Source of the DNA: Bacteroidales bacterium
GTDB lineage: Bacteria > Bacteroidota > Bacteroidia > Bacteroidales > UBA7960
DNA length: 41,835 bases
NCBI GenBank assembly: GCA_007118135.1
Contig: SKSE01000023.1
Span: forward strand, 1-41,835
Reading direction: 5' to 3'
In this document: one piece after another, positions 27,401 to 38,348 of the stretch
How the letters are laid out: every line of letters starts with the position of its first letter
How positions within the stretch are numbered: the first letter of the stretch is position 1
Notes under the pieces: model-generated
The model's input: only the letters and a program-made list of their open reading frames with translations
Database searches by the model: none
What the model was told of the DNA's origin: nothing
Position numbers and translations under genes: made by a program

Positions 27401-29671
27401 TTGATGGAAAACAAAGAGCTGCTTAACCCCGATTCTGAGAATGATAAAAATGAAAACGGGGCAGAGAACCTGAAATCGGAACCCAATGATATGAGTCCGG
27501 AAGCTTCTGAAAAAACAAAAGTTGAAAAAACCAAAGAAAAGCCCCAAAAAGTAAAAAGTGCCGTTGAATCAGAAAAGGCTGTGGAATCAAAACCTGATGA
27601 AAAGCCACCAATAGAAGAGAGCACAGATAAGACACCTTCAGAATCTGAATCTCTGAAAAAAGAGAAGATTGCAGATGTTGAAGGAGAAGATGAAGCTCCG
27701 GTACCGGAAGAGACTGTTGAATCTTCACCTGTTGGCGAAGTTGAAAAATCAGATGCTGATGAAACGGTTGAACAAGAGCCCGATATAAAAGAAGTAGCTG
27801 ATGATAAGAAGAAATCCACAAAAAAATCATCCAAATCTGAAGTAAAAGAAAAAGAAAAGCCAAAGGTTGAGAAAGAAACTCAGACGGTAGAAGAAGATGC
27901 TGAAGATGAAGATGATGAAGGCGATGAGGATCTTTCCGAAAAATATAAAACACTTTCCAAGGAAGAACTGGTTGAAGCACTGGAAGCACTGGTGCAACAT
28001 GATGATATAAACTATATCCGAAATCATATTGGTCTGATAAAAGTTGCATTTCGCAATCATCTCAAAGAACAGAGCCTGACTGACTATGAAAAGAACATCT
28101 CAAAAGCTGAAGCTGATTCTGACTCTGGTTCTGAAGATTTACCCGAAGTAATTGATGAACTCGTTGTACGTTTTGATAAGGCATTTGGCATTTACAAACA
28201 GAAAAAATCTGTTTATGATCAGGCCCTTGAAAAACAAAAGCATGATAACCTTAAGGAAAAAGAAGCCATCCTTGAAGAATTGAGGCAGCTAATTGAATCA
28301 GAAGAAGAGCTTAAAAAAACTTACGATGTTTTTAAAGAACTTCAGGAAAAATGGCGTGAGATAGGCCCTGTGCCGCAATCAGCAAATAATACACTCTGGA
28401 ATAATTATCATTTTCTTGTAGAAAAATTCTTCGACAAGGTAAAGATTAACAAGGAACTCAGAGATTTGGATCTGAAAAAGAACCTTGAAGCAAAGACTGA
28501 ACTTTGCGAAAAGGCTGAAGAGTTATTGCTGGAAACATCTGTTAACAAATCCTTCCAGAAGCTGCAAAAATTGCATGAAGCCTGGAAAGAAACCGGTCCT
28601 GTACCCAAAGATAAGAAGGATGAGATATGGGATCGCTTTAAAGCTGCCAGTGATGCACTCAATGAGCATAGACAAAAATTCTATGATGAGCTTAGAGAAG
28701 AGCAGAATAAAAATTATGCCGCCAAGGTGGTTCTATGTGACAAAGCTGAACAACTAATTGAAGAAACCCCTAAATCCCCCAAAGAGTGGCAGGTTAATAC
28801 TGATAAAATCAATGAACTGTTTAAAGTATGGAAAACCATCGGGTTTGCTCCCAAAAAAGTAAATGATGAAGTTTGGGTAAGATTCAGGACAGCACTCGAT
28901 TCATTCTTTAAACGCAAAAAAGAATTCTTTGTCAAATATAAAGATGAACAATCTGAAAATTATAACCAGAAGGTGAATCTTTGTTTGCAGGCAGAGGCTC
29001 TTAAAGATAGTGAAGACTGGAAAAGAACTACAGATGAGCTTATTGCATTGCAGCAGGAATGGAAAAAGATAGGCCCTGTGCCACGTAAATTTTCTGATAA
29101 GATTTGGAAAAGATTCAGGTCTGCTTGCGATGAATTTTTCAATCGCAAGTCAGAATACTTTTCTAATATTGGTGAAAAACAGGATGAGAATTATCGGAAG
29201 AAGAAAGAGCTTATTGAGAAAATCAGAACCCATACATATTCTAAGGACAATACCGAGAATCTTAATGTACTTAAGGAGTTTCAGCGGGAATGGATGGATA
29301 TCGGACATGTTCCTATCAAGCAAAAAGATGCTATTCAAAATGAATTCAGAAAAACTATAAATGAACAGTTTGATAAGCTTAATATCAGCAGAAAGGTAAA
29401 ATCTACCATAGGTTTTAAGAATAAGATTGAAAACCTGAAAAATTCTCCCAATGCCAATAGTATTATTAACAAAGAAAGGGCATTTTTGCTAAATAAAATC
29501 AATGCGCTGCAGAATGATATCAAGCTATGGGAAAACAATATTGGCTTCTTCGCTTCATCCAAGAAAGCGGATGTACTAAAATCAGAATTTGAGAGTAAGA
29601 TTGAAAAAGCTAAAACTGATATTGCAATACTGGAAGAAAAACTAAAGATTTTGTATGAATCGCAATCTTGA
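27401..29671 (+). CDS. DUF349 repeat coiled-coil protein with acidic disordered N-terminus
   Basis: Repeated W[RK]xIG[PHF]xP ... W.RF..A.D.FF units; C-terminal LWENNIGFF. Confidence 0.9.
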   Translation: MMENKELLNPDSENDKNENGAENLKSEPNDMSPEASEKTKVEKTKEKPQKVKSAVESEKAVESKPDEKPPIEESTDKTPSESESLKKEKIADVEGEDEAPVPEETVESSPVGEVEKSDADETVEQEPDIKEVADDKKKSTKKSSKSEVKEKEKPKVEKETQTVEEDAEDEDDEGDEDLSEKYKTLSKEELVEALEALVQHDDINYIRNHIGLIKVAFRNHLKEQSLTDYEKNISKAEADSDSGSEDLPEVIDELVVRFDKAFGIYKQKKSVYDQALEKQKHDNLKEKEAILEELRQLIESEEELKKTYDVFKELQEKWREIGPVPQSANNTLWNNYHFLVEKFFDKVKINKELRDLDLKKNLEAKTELCEKAEELLLETSVNKSFQKLQKLHEAWKETGPVPKDKKDEIWDRFKAASDALNEHRQKFYDELREEQNKNYAAKVVLCDKAEQLIEETPKSPKEWQVNTDKINELFKVWKTIGFAPKKVNDEVWVRFRTALDSFFKRKKEFFVKYKDEQSENYNQKVNLCLQAEALKDSEDWKRTTDELIALQQEWKKIGPVPRKFSDKIWKRFRSACDEFFNRKSEYFSNIGEKQDENYRKKKELIEKIRTHTYSKDNTENLNVLKEFQREWMDIGHVPIKQKDAIQNEFRKTINEQFDKLNISRKVKSTIGFKNKIENLKNSPNANSIINKERAFLLNKINALQNDIKLWENNIGFFASSKKADVLKSEFESKIEKAKTDIAILEEKLKILYESQS

Positions 29672-29730
29672 TTGCAATAATTCCTGTGAGTTGAAGTTTT
29701 ATCAGAAATAACTTTTAAGAAAATACTTAT

Positions 29731-30366
29731 ATGAAAAGATACATTCTAATTGTCGTTCTGATACTTTCTGTGCAGTCTTTAAGTGCCCAGTTTTCATTGG
29801 GAATAAGAGGCGGATTGAATTTTACTTCCCTTCCTGTAAAGACTTATGAGCTTGAAAACTCAAGCATTGAGGCCCTGCCGGATTCCTACACCGGCTTTCA
29901 TTTAGGTTTGATTACACAGGCCAAATTTTCGGGTTTTTTTATTCAACCCGAATTTCTTTTTGTGTCATCAGGAAGCCAATTCCGTTACGAACATCCCGAT
30001 CAGGAACGTGATGTTTTTTTTACACAAAGGTTTTCCAAAATTGATGTTCCCGTATTGTTTGGCTTGAGAGGAGGACCTCTACGCCTTGGGCTGGGGCCTG
30101 TTGCTTCTTATTTTCTGGATAACTCGTCTAATCTTACCGAATCGGAGTTTTATGCCGGTGACAGCAGCTTTTCTGATAAATTTAATGAATTAACCTATGG
30201 TTATCAGGTTGGTGTGGGTTTAGACATTGGTAATATTGTTCTCGACCTTAAATATGAAGGTAGCCTGAGCAATTACAGCGAAGAAGTTTCCATAGGTGGT
30301 TCAACATTTAAATTTGACACCCGGCCACGACAGATAGTTTTCAGTATCGGATTATTATTTTTCTGA
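29731..30366 (+). CDS. Outer-membrane beta-barrel (porin/PorT-like family) protein
   Basis: Signal peptide, GIRGGLNF, FIQPEF, IDVPVLFG, C-terminal Phe. Confidence 0.85.
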   Translation: MKRYILIVVLILSVQSLSAQFSLGIRGGLNFTSLPVKTYELENSSIEALPDSYTGFHLGLITQAKFSGFFIQPEFLFVSSGSQFRYEHPDQERDVFFTQRFSKIDVPVLFGLRGGPLRLGLGPVASYFLDNSSNLTESEFYAGDSSFSDKFNELTYGYQVGVGLDIGNIVLDLKYEGSLSNYSEEVSIGGSTFKFDTRPRQIVFSIGLLFF

Positions 30367-30393
30367 AAACATTTTATGTAAAGAATAAAAATT

Positions 30394-30420
30394 AAGCTTG
30401 CCTGAAGGCAGGCTTTTTTT
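30394..30420 (+). terminator. Intrinsic terminator between convergent genes
   Basis: AAGCTTGCC-TGAA-GGCAGGCTT stem followed by T-run. Confidence 0.75.
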
Positions 30421-31633
30421 ATCGGAAGGTGATTGCTTTTACCGGTGAAACCTTTGCTATTAAATAGCTGGGTATAATAAGCATGGCCATGCAAATAGCG
30501 AAAGTTCCAAGGTTGATGACAAGAATATACAAAAAATCAAAATTGATAGGAACCACATCAACAAAATAGGACTCCTGCGATAATTTTATTATACCAAATT
30601 TCTGCTGAATGAGAGCAAGACCTATCCCTAGTAAATTGCCAAGCAATAACCCGCGAATGATAAGAAATCCTGCATGATAAAGAAATATTTTTCGCACCAG
30701 TTTATTATCAGAACCAATGGCTTTTAAAATACCAATAAGATTGGTTTTCTCCAGCACAGAAATCAGCAATGTGGTAATCATGTTGATACCTGCCACAAGT
30801 ATCATGATAATTATGATTACGTAAACATTCATATCCAGCAATGCCAGCCAGTCGAATATTTGGGGATAAACCTGACGGATGGTCCTGGATGTAAGTGTAT
30901 AGGGTATGTTGTCCATTACCACTTCATTCATTCTATCCATCTGGCGGTAATTGTCAATGAGCACCTCAAAACCTCCTACCTGGTCCGGTGTCCAGTCATT
31001 GAGTCTTTGCAAATGACCGATGTCGCCAAGAATGAAGATTCTATCAAGCTCTTCAAGCCCTGTTTCATAAATACCTGCCACAGTGAATCGTCGTACCCGG
31101 GGTGGGTCCTGAATAAAATATACAAAAACATTATCATCAAGGTTGAGTTGCAAAAGTCTGGAGATGTATTCAGAAATGATAATCTGGTCGCTTCTGGCTG
31201 TATCGGTGATATTGAGTATGCTGCCTTGTTTTAGCCTTTCCCGGAAGAAATCCCAGTGAAAGTCATTCCCTATACCTTTGAATATAACTCCATGTATTTC
31301 ATCATCAGTTTTAATGATACCGGGCTTGGTACCAAAAACCTGAATATGTTTAATTCCTTCTTCATTTATTAAATCAGGGTAAAAGTCCTGTAACTTACTT
31401 ATGGGTCTTGCTTCATAGGATATATTATAATCAAAATTTGTAATCTGGATATGAGAGCCAAAACCGATTACCTTGCTGCGTATCTCATCCTGAAATCCTG
31501 TAACCACAGATACAGCAATGATCATAACAGCCAGTCCCAATGAAATGGAAAGTATGGCAATAGTCTTTACCAGGCCAGTAAGTTTGGGCTTTTCTGCCCC
31601 CATTTTTCGGGCTATGAAGAAGGGTAAATTCAA
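30419..31633 (-). CDS. LolC/E (FtsX-like) ABC transporter permease
   Basis: IAILSISLGLAVMII..SVVTGFQ, IGILKAIG, C-terminal SPVKAITFR; TTG start at (L)NLPFFIARK preferred over the ORF-track start. Confidence 0.9.
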   Translation of the reverse strand: MNLPFFIARKMGAEKPKLTGLVKTIAILSISLGLAVMIIAVSVVTGFQDEIRSKVIGFGSHIQITNFDYNISYEARPISKLQDFYPDLINEEGIKHIQVFGTKPGIIKTDDEIHGVIFKGIGNDFHWDFFRERLKQGSILNITDTARSDQIIISEYISRLLQLNLDDNVFVYFIQDPPRVRRFTVAGIYETGLEELDRIFILGDIGHLQRLNDWTPDQVGGFEVLIDNYRQMDRMNEVVMDNIPYTLTSRTIRQVYPQIFDWLALLDMNVYVIIIIMILVAGINMITTLLISVLEKTNLIGILKAIGSDNKLVRKIFLYHAGFLIIRGLLLGNLLGIGLALIQQKFGIIKLSQESYFVDVVPINFDFLYILVINLGTFAICMAMLIIPSYLIAKVSPVKAITFR

Positions 31634-31854
31634 AATAAGGTTATTTTTTCCATTTTTCTGAAATGCAAAAATATAACTTTTATTTCCATCTGTAGCCGTG
31701 ATGTGTGAATTCCTAAGAATTGTTAACACTCAAAATTGGGATTTATGCAAAAAGCATGGATTCCCTAATAAGTATTAAATGATTTGACTTTGGCCGTGGT
31801 TTTGGCTATATTCGATAACTGATTGTACACTTCTTATATAAAAATCATACATAT

Positions 31855-32925
31855 ATGGACAAGAACTTATTAAACAAACTGATGGAAGTTAAGGAATACC
31901 CATGTGTTTCCATATTGCTTCCAACGCATCGCACCGCACCGGAAAATCAGAAAAATGCAATCCGATTGAAGAAACTGGTCCGACAGGCAACAGAAATGCT
32001 TGAGAGCGAATTAGGTAAACGAGAGTCTAAAGGATTGTCAGAAAAAATCGGAAAACTTGCAGCTAAGGTTGATATCAGTCGCACACTCGATGGTCTTGCA
32101 CTTTTTGTTAATAAGGATATGGAGCAAATGGTTGATATCCCTTTCAGAGTTAAGGAAAGGGTTATTATTGACAAAACTTTTGCCACACGAGATCTCATTA
32201 AAAGTGTAAACAGGGGTACCAGTTATTTTGTGCTTGATTTGAGCCTTCACCGGGCACGTTTGATTTCATGTTTCAGGGATGAGGCTAATGAGATTACCCA
32301 AAATGGGTTTCCCATGCAAAGTGAATTTGAAATGCTTGAATTGAATCCCACCGATTTTTCAAGAGAAAAGAGAAAACAGATCAAAGAGTTCTTTAATCGT
32401 GTTGATAAAGCTTTTCTGTCAAATTATCATTTTGGCGATACCAAGCTTGTAATTGCCGGTGTGCAGAAAAACTTATCGCTTTACCGTGAGGCTGCTGATT
32501 CGAAAGATATTATCTATGAACAACTGGAAGGAAATTACGAAGCTACTTCGGTACATGATCTGGGTAAAAAAGCATGGGAGTTGGTCAGGGAAAAAAACAA
32601 AAAAGAAAGACATACCGCATTAAATGAAATTCAGAATGCCATAAGTGTCCAAAAACTTGCCTCGGGCATTGCTGAGGTATGGCGATTTGCCAGTGAAGGC
32701 AGGGTAAAAATGCTGCTTGTTGAAGAAGACTACCAGATCAGTGCAGTACCCGGCCCTGATAATAATATTATTATGGATATAGGTGGATTTCCTGAAAAGG
32801 ATATCATGCCCGATGCCGTTGATGAAGTTGCCGAAATAGTTGTTGACAAAGGCGGAAAGGTTATTTTTGTTGACAACGGCACCCTGGGCAATTATCATAA
32901 AATAGCTGCTATACTCAGATACTGA
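31855..32925 (+). CDS. baeRF3-type aeRF1/pelota-like protein, Balon-like ribosome hibernation factor candidate
   Basis: PCVSILLPTHRT, GLALFV, FATRDL, IW/VWRFASEGRVKMLLVEED, DAVDEVAEIVVDKGGKV, terminal IAAILRY. Confidence 0.8.
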   Translation: MDKNLLNKLMEVKEYPCVSILLPTHRTAPENQKNAIRLKKLVRQATEMLESELGKRESKGLSEKIGKLAAKVDISRTLDGLALFVNKDMEQMVDIPFRVKERVIIDKTFATRDLIKSVNRGTSYFVLDLSLHRARLISCFRDEANEITQNGFPMQSEFEMLELNPTDFSREKRKQIKEFFNRVDKAFLSNYHFGDTKLVIAGVQKNLSLYREAADSKDIIYEQLEGNYEATSVHDLGKKAWELVREKNKKERHTALNEIQNAISVQKLASGIAEVWRFASEGRVKMLLVEEDYQISAVPGPDNNIIMDIGGFPEKDIMPDAVDEVAEIVVDKGGKVIFVDNGTLGNYHKIAAILRY

Positions 32926-32950
32926 AAATAACTTTCAAACCTGAATTTTC

Positions 32951-35545
32951 TTAAATGTTTTCGAAGGTAAGCTCATCATCTCTGACTTCGATGCGGATGT
33001 TTGAATCTCGTGTGATCTTTCCTGCAAGAATTTCTTTAGAAAGTCGGTTAAGGATATATTTCTGGATGGCTCTTTTTAAAGGTCGCGCTCCGTATTGTGG
33101 GTCGAAGCCGGCCTGTGCCACCCAGTTTATGGCTGAGTCGCTAAGTTCCAGATGTATACCACTTTCAGAAAGCATATCTTTAACCTGGTTGATTTGTATT
33201 TTTACGACATCGCGAATTTCATCGAAATCGAGCGGTTTGAACATAATGATCTCATCAACCCGGTTCAGAAATTCGGGTCTTATGGTTCTTTTGAGCAAAG
33301 TGGTAACGTCCAGTCGTGTTTTTTCCAGTATCTCATCATGATTACTTTCAGTCATTTTTTCAAAATTCTCCTGAATGAGTGATGACCCCATATTGGATGT
33401 CATGATGATAATAGTATTTTTGAAATCGGCGGTGCGGCCTTTATTGTCAGTAAGACGCCCTTCATCAAGCACCTGCAGAAGGATATTAAAAACATCGGGA
33501 TGCGCTTTTTCAATTTCATCGAGCAGAATTACTGAATAAGGTTTTCTTCTAACTGCTTCGGTCAACTGTCCGCTTTCTTCGTATCCAACATATCCCGGGG
33601 GAGCGCCAATGAGCCGGCTTACGGTATGACGTTCCTGGTATTCTGACATATCGATGCGTACCATAGCGTTTTCATCATTAAAAAGAAACTCTGCAAGGGC
33701 TCTTGCCAATTCAGTTTTTCCCACGCCTGTGGTTCCAAGGAAAATAAAAGACCCGATGGGTTTTTTATGGTCCTGCAATCCGGCACGACTTCTTCTGATG
33801 GCGTCTGAAACAGCTTCAATGGCTTCCTGCTGACCTACCACCCGTTTGTGCAGTTCATCCTCCAGTTTCAGGAGTTTTTCTCTTTCACTTTGCAGCATGC
33901 GGCTTACAGGTATGCCTGTCCAGCGCGATACTATATCAGCAATGTCCTCAGCGGCTACTTCTTCTTTAATAAGTGCTTTTGATGACTGCATTTGATTAAG
34001 CTTCTGATTGAGGCTTTCAAGTTCACTTTCAGCAGTTTTAATATGACCGTATCTTATTTCTGCCACTTTACCGAAATCTCCGTTTCTTTCTGCCTGATCT
34101 GCTTCAAATTTCAACTGCTCAATTGCTTTCTTTTGTTTCTGTATTCCATCCACAACTTCCTTTTCACTTTCCCAGCGTGCTTTGAGAAGATTTTTTTCTT
34201 CGTATAGATTTGCAAGGATTTCAGTGAGTTCTTTGAGTTTTTGCTCATCTTTTTCACGCTTGATGGCTTCTTTCTCAATTTCCAGTTGTCTGATTCTTCT
34301 TTCAGTTTCATCCAGTTCTTCGGGTACTGAGTTCATTTCGAGCCTGAGTTTTGATGCTGCTTCATCAATGAGGTCAATGGCCTTATCGGGCAGGAAACGA
34401 TCAGAAATATAGCGCTGCGACAAATCAACAGCGGCTACAATAGCTTCATCCTTTATACGCACCTGGTGGTGGGTTTCATATCGTTCTTTAAGACCGCGAA
34501 GAATAGAAATGGCATCTGTGCGGTCAGGTTCGTCAACCATTACGGTTTGGAAACGGCGTTCAAGTGCTTTGTCTTTTTCAAAATATCGCTGATACTCTTT
34601 AAGGGTGGTGGCACCAATGGCTCTCAGTTCACCGCGCGCAAGGGCGGGTTTCAGAATATTGGCTGCATCCATGGCACCTTCACCGCTCCCACCGGCTCCA
34701 ACGAGCGTATGAATTTCGTCAATAAACAATACAACTTCTCCATCTGAAGAAACAACTTCTTTTATCACAGCCTTAAGACGTTCTTCAAATTCACCTTTGT
34801 ATTTAGCACCGGCAATGAGTGAACCCATATCAAGGCTGAATATTTTCTTTGATTTCAGGTTTTCAGGAACATCGCCATTTATAATACGATGGGCAAGGCC
34901 TTCAGCAATGGCTGTTTTTCCTACTCCTGGTTCACCTATTAGGATGGGGTTGTTTTTGGTTCTGCGTGATAGAATCTGGAGAATCCGGCGGATTTCTTCA
35001 TCGCGGCCAATCACCGGGTCAAGTTTCCCGCTAAGGGCAAACTTATTGAGATCTTTGGCGTATTTTCCTAAGGCATTATATGTCTCCTCAGCTGATTGGC
35101 TATTCACCTTAGAGCCTTTTCGTAGTTCTGTTATAGCTGCTTTGAGATTTTTCTCTGTCAGGCCACTATCCTTCATTAATTGGCCTGTATTATCATTATT
35201 CTTTACAAATGCGAGTACTAAATGTTCAATGGATATAAATTCATCGTCGAATTCCTTTAGCTGTGTATTGGCACTTTGTAAAACCCTGCTTGTTTCCTGC
35301 GAAAGATAAATATTGCCTCCTGTTACCTTTGGATAATTATTTACAATACGATCGAGCACCTGCTGGAAATTCTGCAGATTAACGTTATTCTTTTTGAAGA
35401 GGTATGGAGTTACATTTTCATCCACAGCAAGTATTCCCTTGAGCAGATGACCTGTTTCAACAGCCTGGTTCTGATAGCCCATGGCAATCTCCTGCGCCTT
35501 TTGAAGAGCTTCCTGTGACTTAAGTGTGAAATTATCGAGATTCAT
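32951..35545 (-). CDS. clpB: ATP-dependent disaggregase ClpB
   Basis: [21 protein letters not shown], middle coiled coil, [28 protein letters not shown]. Confidence 0.98.
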   Translation of the reverse strand: MNLDNFTLKSQEALQKAQEIAMGYQNQAVETGHLLKGILAVDENVTPYLFKKNNVNLQNFQQVLDRIVNNYPKVTGGNIYLSQETSRVLQSANTQLKEFDDEFISIEHLVLAFVKNNDNTGQLMKDSGLTEKNLKAAITELRKGSKVNSQSAEETYNALGKYAKDLNKFALSGKLDPVIGRDEEIRRILQILSRRTKNNPILIGEPGVGKTAIAEGLAHRIINGDVPENLKSKKIFSLDMGSLIAGAKYKGEFEERLKAVIKEVVSSDGEVVLFIDEIHTLVGAGGSGEGAMDAANILKPALARGELRAIGATTLKEYQRYFEKDKALERRFQTVMVDEPDRTDAISILRGLKERYETHHQVRIKDEAIVAAVDLSQRYISDRFLPDKAIDLIDEAASKLRLEMNSVPEELDETERRIRQLEIEKEAIKREKDEQKLKELTEILANLYEEKNLLKARWESEKEVVDGIQKQKKAIEQLKFEADQAERNGDFGKVAEIRYGHIKTAESELESLNQKLNQMQSSKALIKEEVAAEDIADIVSRWTGIPVSRMLQSEREKLLKLEDELHKRVVGQQEAIEAVSDAIRRSRAGLQDHKKPIGSFIFLGTTGVGKTELARALAEFLFNDENAMVRIDMSEYQERHTVSRLIGAPPGYVGYEESGQLTEAVRRKPYSVILLDEIEKAHPDVFNILLQVLDEGRLTDNKGRTADFKNTIIIMTSNMGSSLIQENFEKMTESNHDEILEKTRLDVTTLLKRTIRPEFLNRVDEIIMFKPLDFDEIRDVVKIQINQVKDMLSESGIHLELSDSAINWVAQAGFDPQYGARPLKRAIQKYILNRLSKEILAGKITRDSNIRIEVRDDELTFENI

Positions 35546-35845
35546 GACTTCCTGTTATCTTGATTATATTCTTCTCCTATGTAGAAATGATAGATTTATT
35601 TTCTGATTTAGAAGCATCATAATTTTCTTCAAAGAATAAACCAAGCAGGTATTCAATAAGCTTTAAAGTCATAATGGCACATAATTTTATTAAATGCTGT
35701 CAAATTTTCCTGACCTGTAATAAAAGTTTTGAAAAATGCATTATGTAAAGTGATCTTTTTGTATTATTGCCGATTGTTATTCAGGCTAGGATAAATCTAT
35801 TTTTTATTTTCATTCAGATTTAAACCGTTTTTAAGTAAATCGTAT

Positions 35846-37063
35846 ATGTTGAAACGCATACAATTACATTGGCAAATTCTTATTGCTTTATTATTCAGTA
35901 TTGTTTTTGGAATTACATTACCAGGTTATGTTAAATACGTCAGTTGGACAGGAGATCTCTTTCTTCGTGCGCTGAGTATGATTATTGTGCCATTAATTTT
36001 TTCATCAATTGTTTCAGGAGTAACAGGAATTGGTTCCGGGAAAAACCTTGGGAGAATGACTGCAAAAACTATTGGTTATTATATGATAACCAGTCTTTTT
36101 GCAATAACAACAGGTTTATTGCTGGTAAATCTTATTAAACCCGGTGTTGGTGCCGATTTGGGCTTTAGCAGAGCCGTAGAGGGTTTAGCTGTAACAGGTG
36201 ATACATTTGGGCAAACACTTCTCAGGATTATTCCTACAAATATTATTGAATCTATGGTGCGTGGCGATCTTCCATCTATAATTTTCTTTGCTATTTTCTT
36301 TGGATTTTTTGCCACCCGTGTAGAACCCAAATATGGTGAACCTGTGATTACCTTCTTTAATGCTGTTTTCGGTATTATGATGAAGATTACAATGTTTGTT
36401 ATAAAGTTTACCCCCATCGGCATATTTGGAATTGTTTCTGTTATTATTGCTGAAAATTCAGAAAATCTGGCAACTATATTTGGGCGTATGGGCATCTACA
36501 TGCTTACTGTAATTGCTGCGCTAGCTATTCATGGGATTATTATTCTACCCTTGTTAATGAAAATTCTGGGCAAGGCCAACCCCCTGCAACATGTTAAAAA
36601 TATGTCGGTTCCTTTATTAACGGCTTTCTCTACATCAAGTAGCAGTGCAACCTTGCCATTAACCATTGAGGCTGTTGAGTTCAAGAGTGGTGTTTCCAAT
36701 AAAACAACCAGTTTTGTTTTGCCCCTGGGTGCAACTATAAATATGGATGGAACCGCGCTTTATCAATGTATAGCTGTCCTTTTCATTGCACAGGCTTACG
36801 GAGTTGATTTGTCAATACTGCAACAGCTAATCGTTATGATTACTGCCTTATTGGCTTCCATTGGTGCAGCCGGTATACCTATGGCCGGACTTGTAATCAT
36901 GTCTATAATACTTTCTGCAGTAGGGTTGCCACTCGAAGGTATAGGACTGATACTCGCAGTGGATAGACCACTTGATATGTTACGCACCAGCATTAATGTT
37001 TGGAGTGATAGCTGTGGAGCGGTTATTATAGCAAAAAGTGAAGGGGAGGTGACTAATGTGTAA
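35846..37063 (+). CDS. Dicarboxylate/amino acid:cation (DAACS) symporter
   Basis: AFSTSSSSATLP, LPLGATINMDGTALY, DRPLDMLRTSINVWSD. Confidence 0.95.
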   Translation: MLKRIQLHWQILIALLFSIVFGITLPGYVKYVSWTGDLFLRALSMIIVPLIFSSIVSGVTGIGSGKNLGRMTAKTIGYYMITSLFAITTGLLLVNLIKPGVGADLGFSRAVEGLAVTGDTFGQTLLRIIPTNIIESMVRGDLPSIIFFAIFFGFFATRVEPKYGEPVITFFNAVFGIMMKITMFVIKFTPIGIFGIVSVIIAENSENLATIFGRMGIYMLTVIAALAIHGIIILPLLMKILGKANPLQHVKNMSVPLLTAFSTSSSSATLPLTIEAVEFKSGVSNKTTSFVLPLGATINMDGTALYQCIAVLFIAQAYGVDLSILQQLIVMITALLASIGAAGIPMAGLVIMSIILSAVGLPLEGIGLILAVDRPLDMLRTSINVWSDSCGAVIIAKSEGEVTNV

Positions 37064-37119
37064 GAATTGTTGATATTTTTTTTGTAAAAGTTATTAACAA
37101 TCCGAAAAAAGTAAATAAA

Positions 37120-37151
37120 AAAAGCAGGTTTCTCTAAAAAAACCTGCTTTT
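37120..37151. terminator. Bidirectional intrinsic terminator
   Basis: AAAAGCAGGTTT...AAACCTGCTTTT inverted repeat between convergent genes. Confidence 0.85.
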
Positions 37152-37170
37152 CTTATTTATAGGTTATTTC

Positions 37171-37761
37171 TTATCTTGTGAAAGTTGCAGTACCAACAAT
37201 TTCATCACCAAAATAATTCATAGTGTAGTTAAGTTGAAGAATCTTATGAGCAGCACCATCGTAAGAGCCGGTTGCCTGAATGGTTACATTGTTGTTAAAA
37301 TAGTTTTGTGCGGGAATAGTAATTACAGAACCATTGATAACAGCATTAATTATAATATCGTCAAAGAACAACTCATTAAAACGAATTTCATTAAATTCTG
37401 GTCCTCTTACAACATTAATAGGATATGGTCCGAAAGTACCTGTATTGTCTACTTCTGTAGCTGCGTAATTTCCTGTGAGCTTGTCGGCTCTGACATATAC
37501 ATTTCTTTGGTCGGATTCGCCTTCAACGGTATATGAAGCAATATAATGGTCAACAAGTTCATTGTTCCATGCGGGGTTCCAGAGTACGTTAACATCTTCA
37601 AGTTTAGCTCCGTCAACAGTAACGCCAGCTTTAGGGTCAAAATCATCTCCCAGATCAATAGTTGCATCTCCGGGAACAGTAAGTGTAACTTCAGTTTCGC
37701 AAGCTGTAAAAATAAAAGCACCTAACACCAGTGCTGCTGTAAATTTTAACAAGTTTTTCAT
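37171..37761 (-). CDS. Lipoprotein with Ig-like (DUF5011-like) domain
   Basis: FTAC lipobox; GDATIDLGDDFDPKAGVT...YTV...RNVYV pattern. Confidence 0.7.
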   Translation of the reverse strand: MKNLLKFTAALVLGAFIFTACETEVTLTVPGDATIDLGDDFDPKAGVTVDGAKLEDVNVLWNPAWNNELVDHYIASYTVEGESDQRNVYVRADKLTGNYAATEVDNTGTFGPYPINVVRGPEFNEIRFNELFFDDIIINAVINGSVITIPAQNYFNNNVTIQATGSYDGAAHKILQLNYTMNYFGDEIVGTATFTR

Positions 37762-37873
37762 AATTTCAGGGGTTTGTTAATAATAAAATTGATTTAATTG
37801 TTGTTTTTATTGTGAATGCAAAATTAAAGGTTTTTTCATTACATCGATTTATTTTACCTGTTTGGAAAAAGAG

Positions 37874-37881
37874 TATCTTTG
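37874..37881 (+). promoter_or_regulatory. Bacteroidota -7 promoter element TATCTTTG
   Basis: Consensus match 40 nt before ATG 37921, which supports that start over 37879. Confidence 0.65.
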
Positions 37882-37920
37882 CACCGAGTAAATTTGATTC
37901 TAACAAAAAACAAACCAACT

Positions 37921-38268
37921 ATGAAAAAAGTTTTCGGAGTTTTATTATTAATAGGTGCTGTTGCTATTACTGCCTGTGGACCCAGCCGGCAAGACAGAGC
38001 CGCTGAACAAGCCAGGTTAGACTCTATTGCAGCTGCCCAGGAACAAGCCCTTCAGGATTCAATAGAGGCTGCAGAAGCTGCTGCGGCCGCCGCTGCTGCC
38101 GCTGCAAGACAGGAGCAAGCTCAGGAACAGGTACAACCCGCTCAGCCCACTGAAACAAGACCTTCAAGAAGAGGCGATACTGAACTTAAAGATGATGAAA
38201 GACCTACACGTAGAGGCGATCAAACTCAGGATGATGAAGAAAGCCGACCTGCGAGACGAGGCAGCTGA
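37921..38268 (+). CDS. Small low-complexity lipoprotein
   Basis: MKKVFGVLLLIGAVAITAC lipobox; poly-Ala; three RPxRRG[DS] motifs. Confidence 0.85.
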   Translation: MKKVFGVLLLIGAVAITACGPSRQDRAAEQARLDSIAAAQEQALQDSIEAAEAAAAAAAAAARQEQAQEQVQPAQPTETRPSRRGDTELKDDERPTRRGDQTQDDEESRPARRGS

Positions 38269-38283
38269 TAAACTAAATCAAAA

Positions 38284-38334
38284 AAAATAAAAAAAGGATG
38301 TTTCTTACAATGAGAAATATCCTTTTTTATTTTT
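38284..38334. terminator. Bidirectional intrinsic terminator
   Basis: AAAAAAGGATGTTTCTTA-CAA-TGAGAAATATCCTTTTTT long stem between convergent genes. Confidence 0.85.
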
Positions 38335-38348
38335 AAGATAAAATAATT

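Noticed and set aside
27379-28060. Long antisense ORFs (151 aa and 208 aa) over the DUF349 N-terminus
   Set aside because: Expected by-product of low-complexity Glu/Lys/Ser-rich coding on the plus strand.
31634-31729. N-terminal extensions in the ORF track (permease here; likewise hemB, dxs and the 37879 lipoprotein)
   Set aside because: They run through promoter motifs or upstream genes; downstream starts match the family N-termini.
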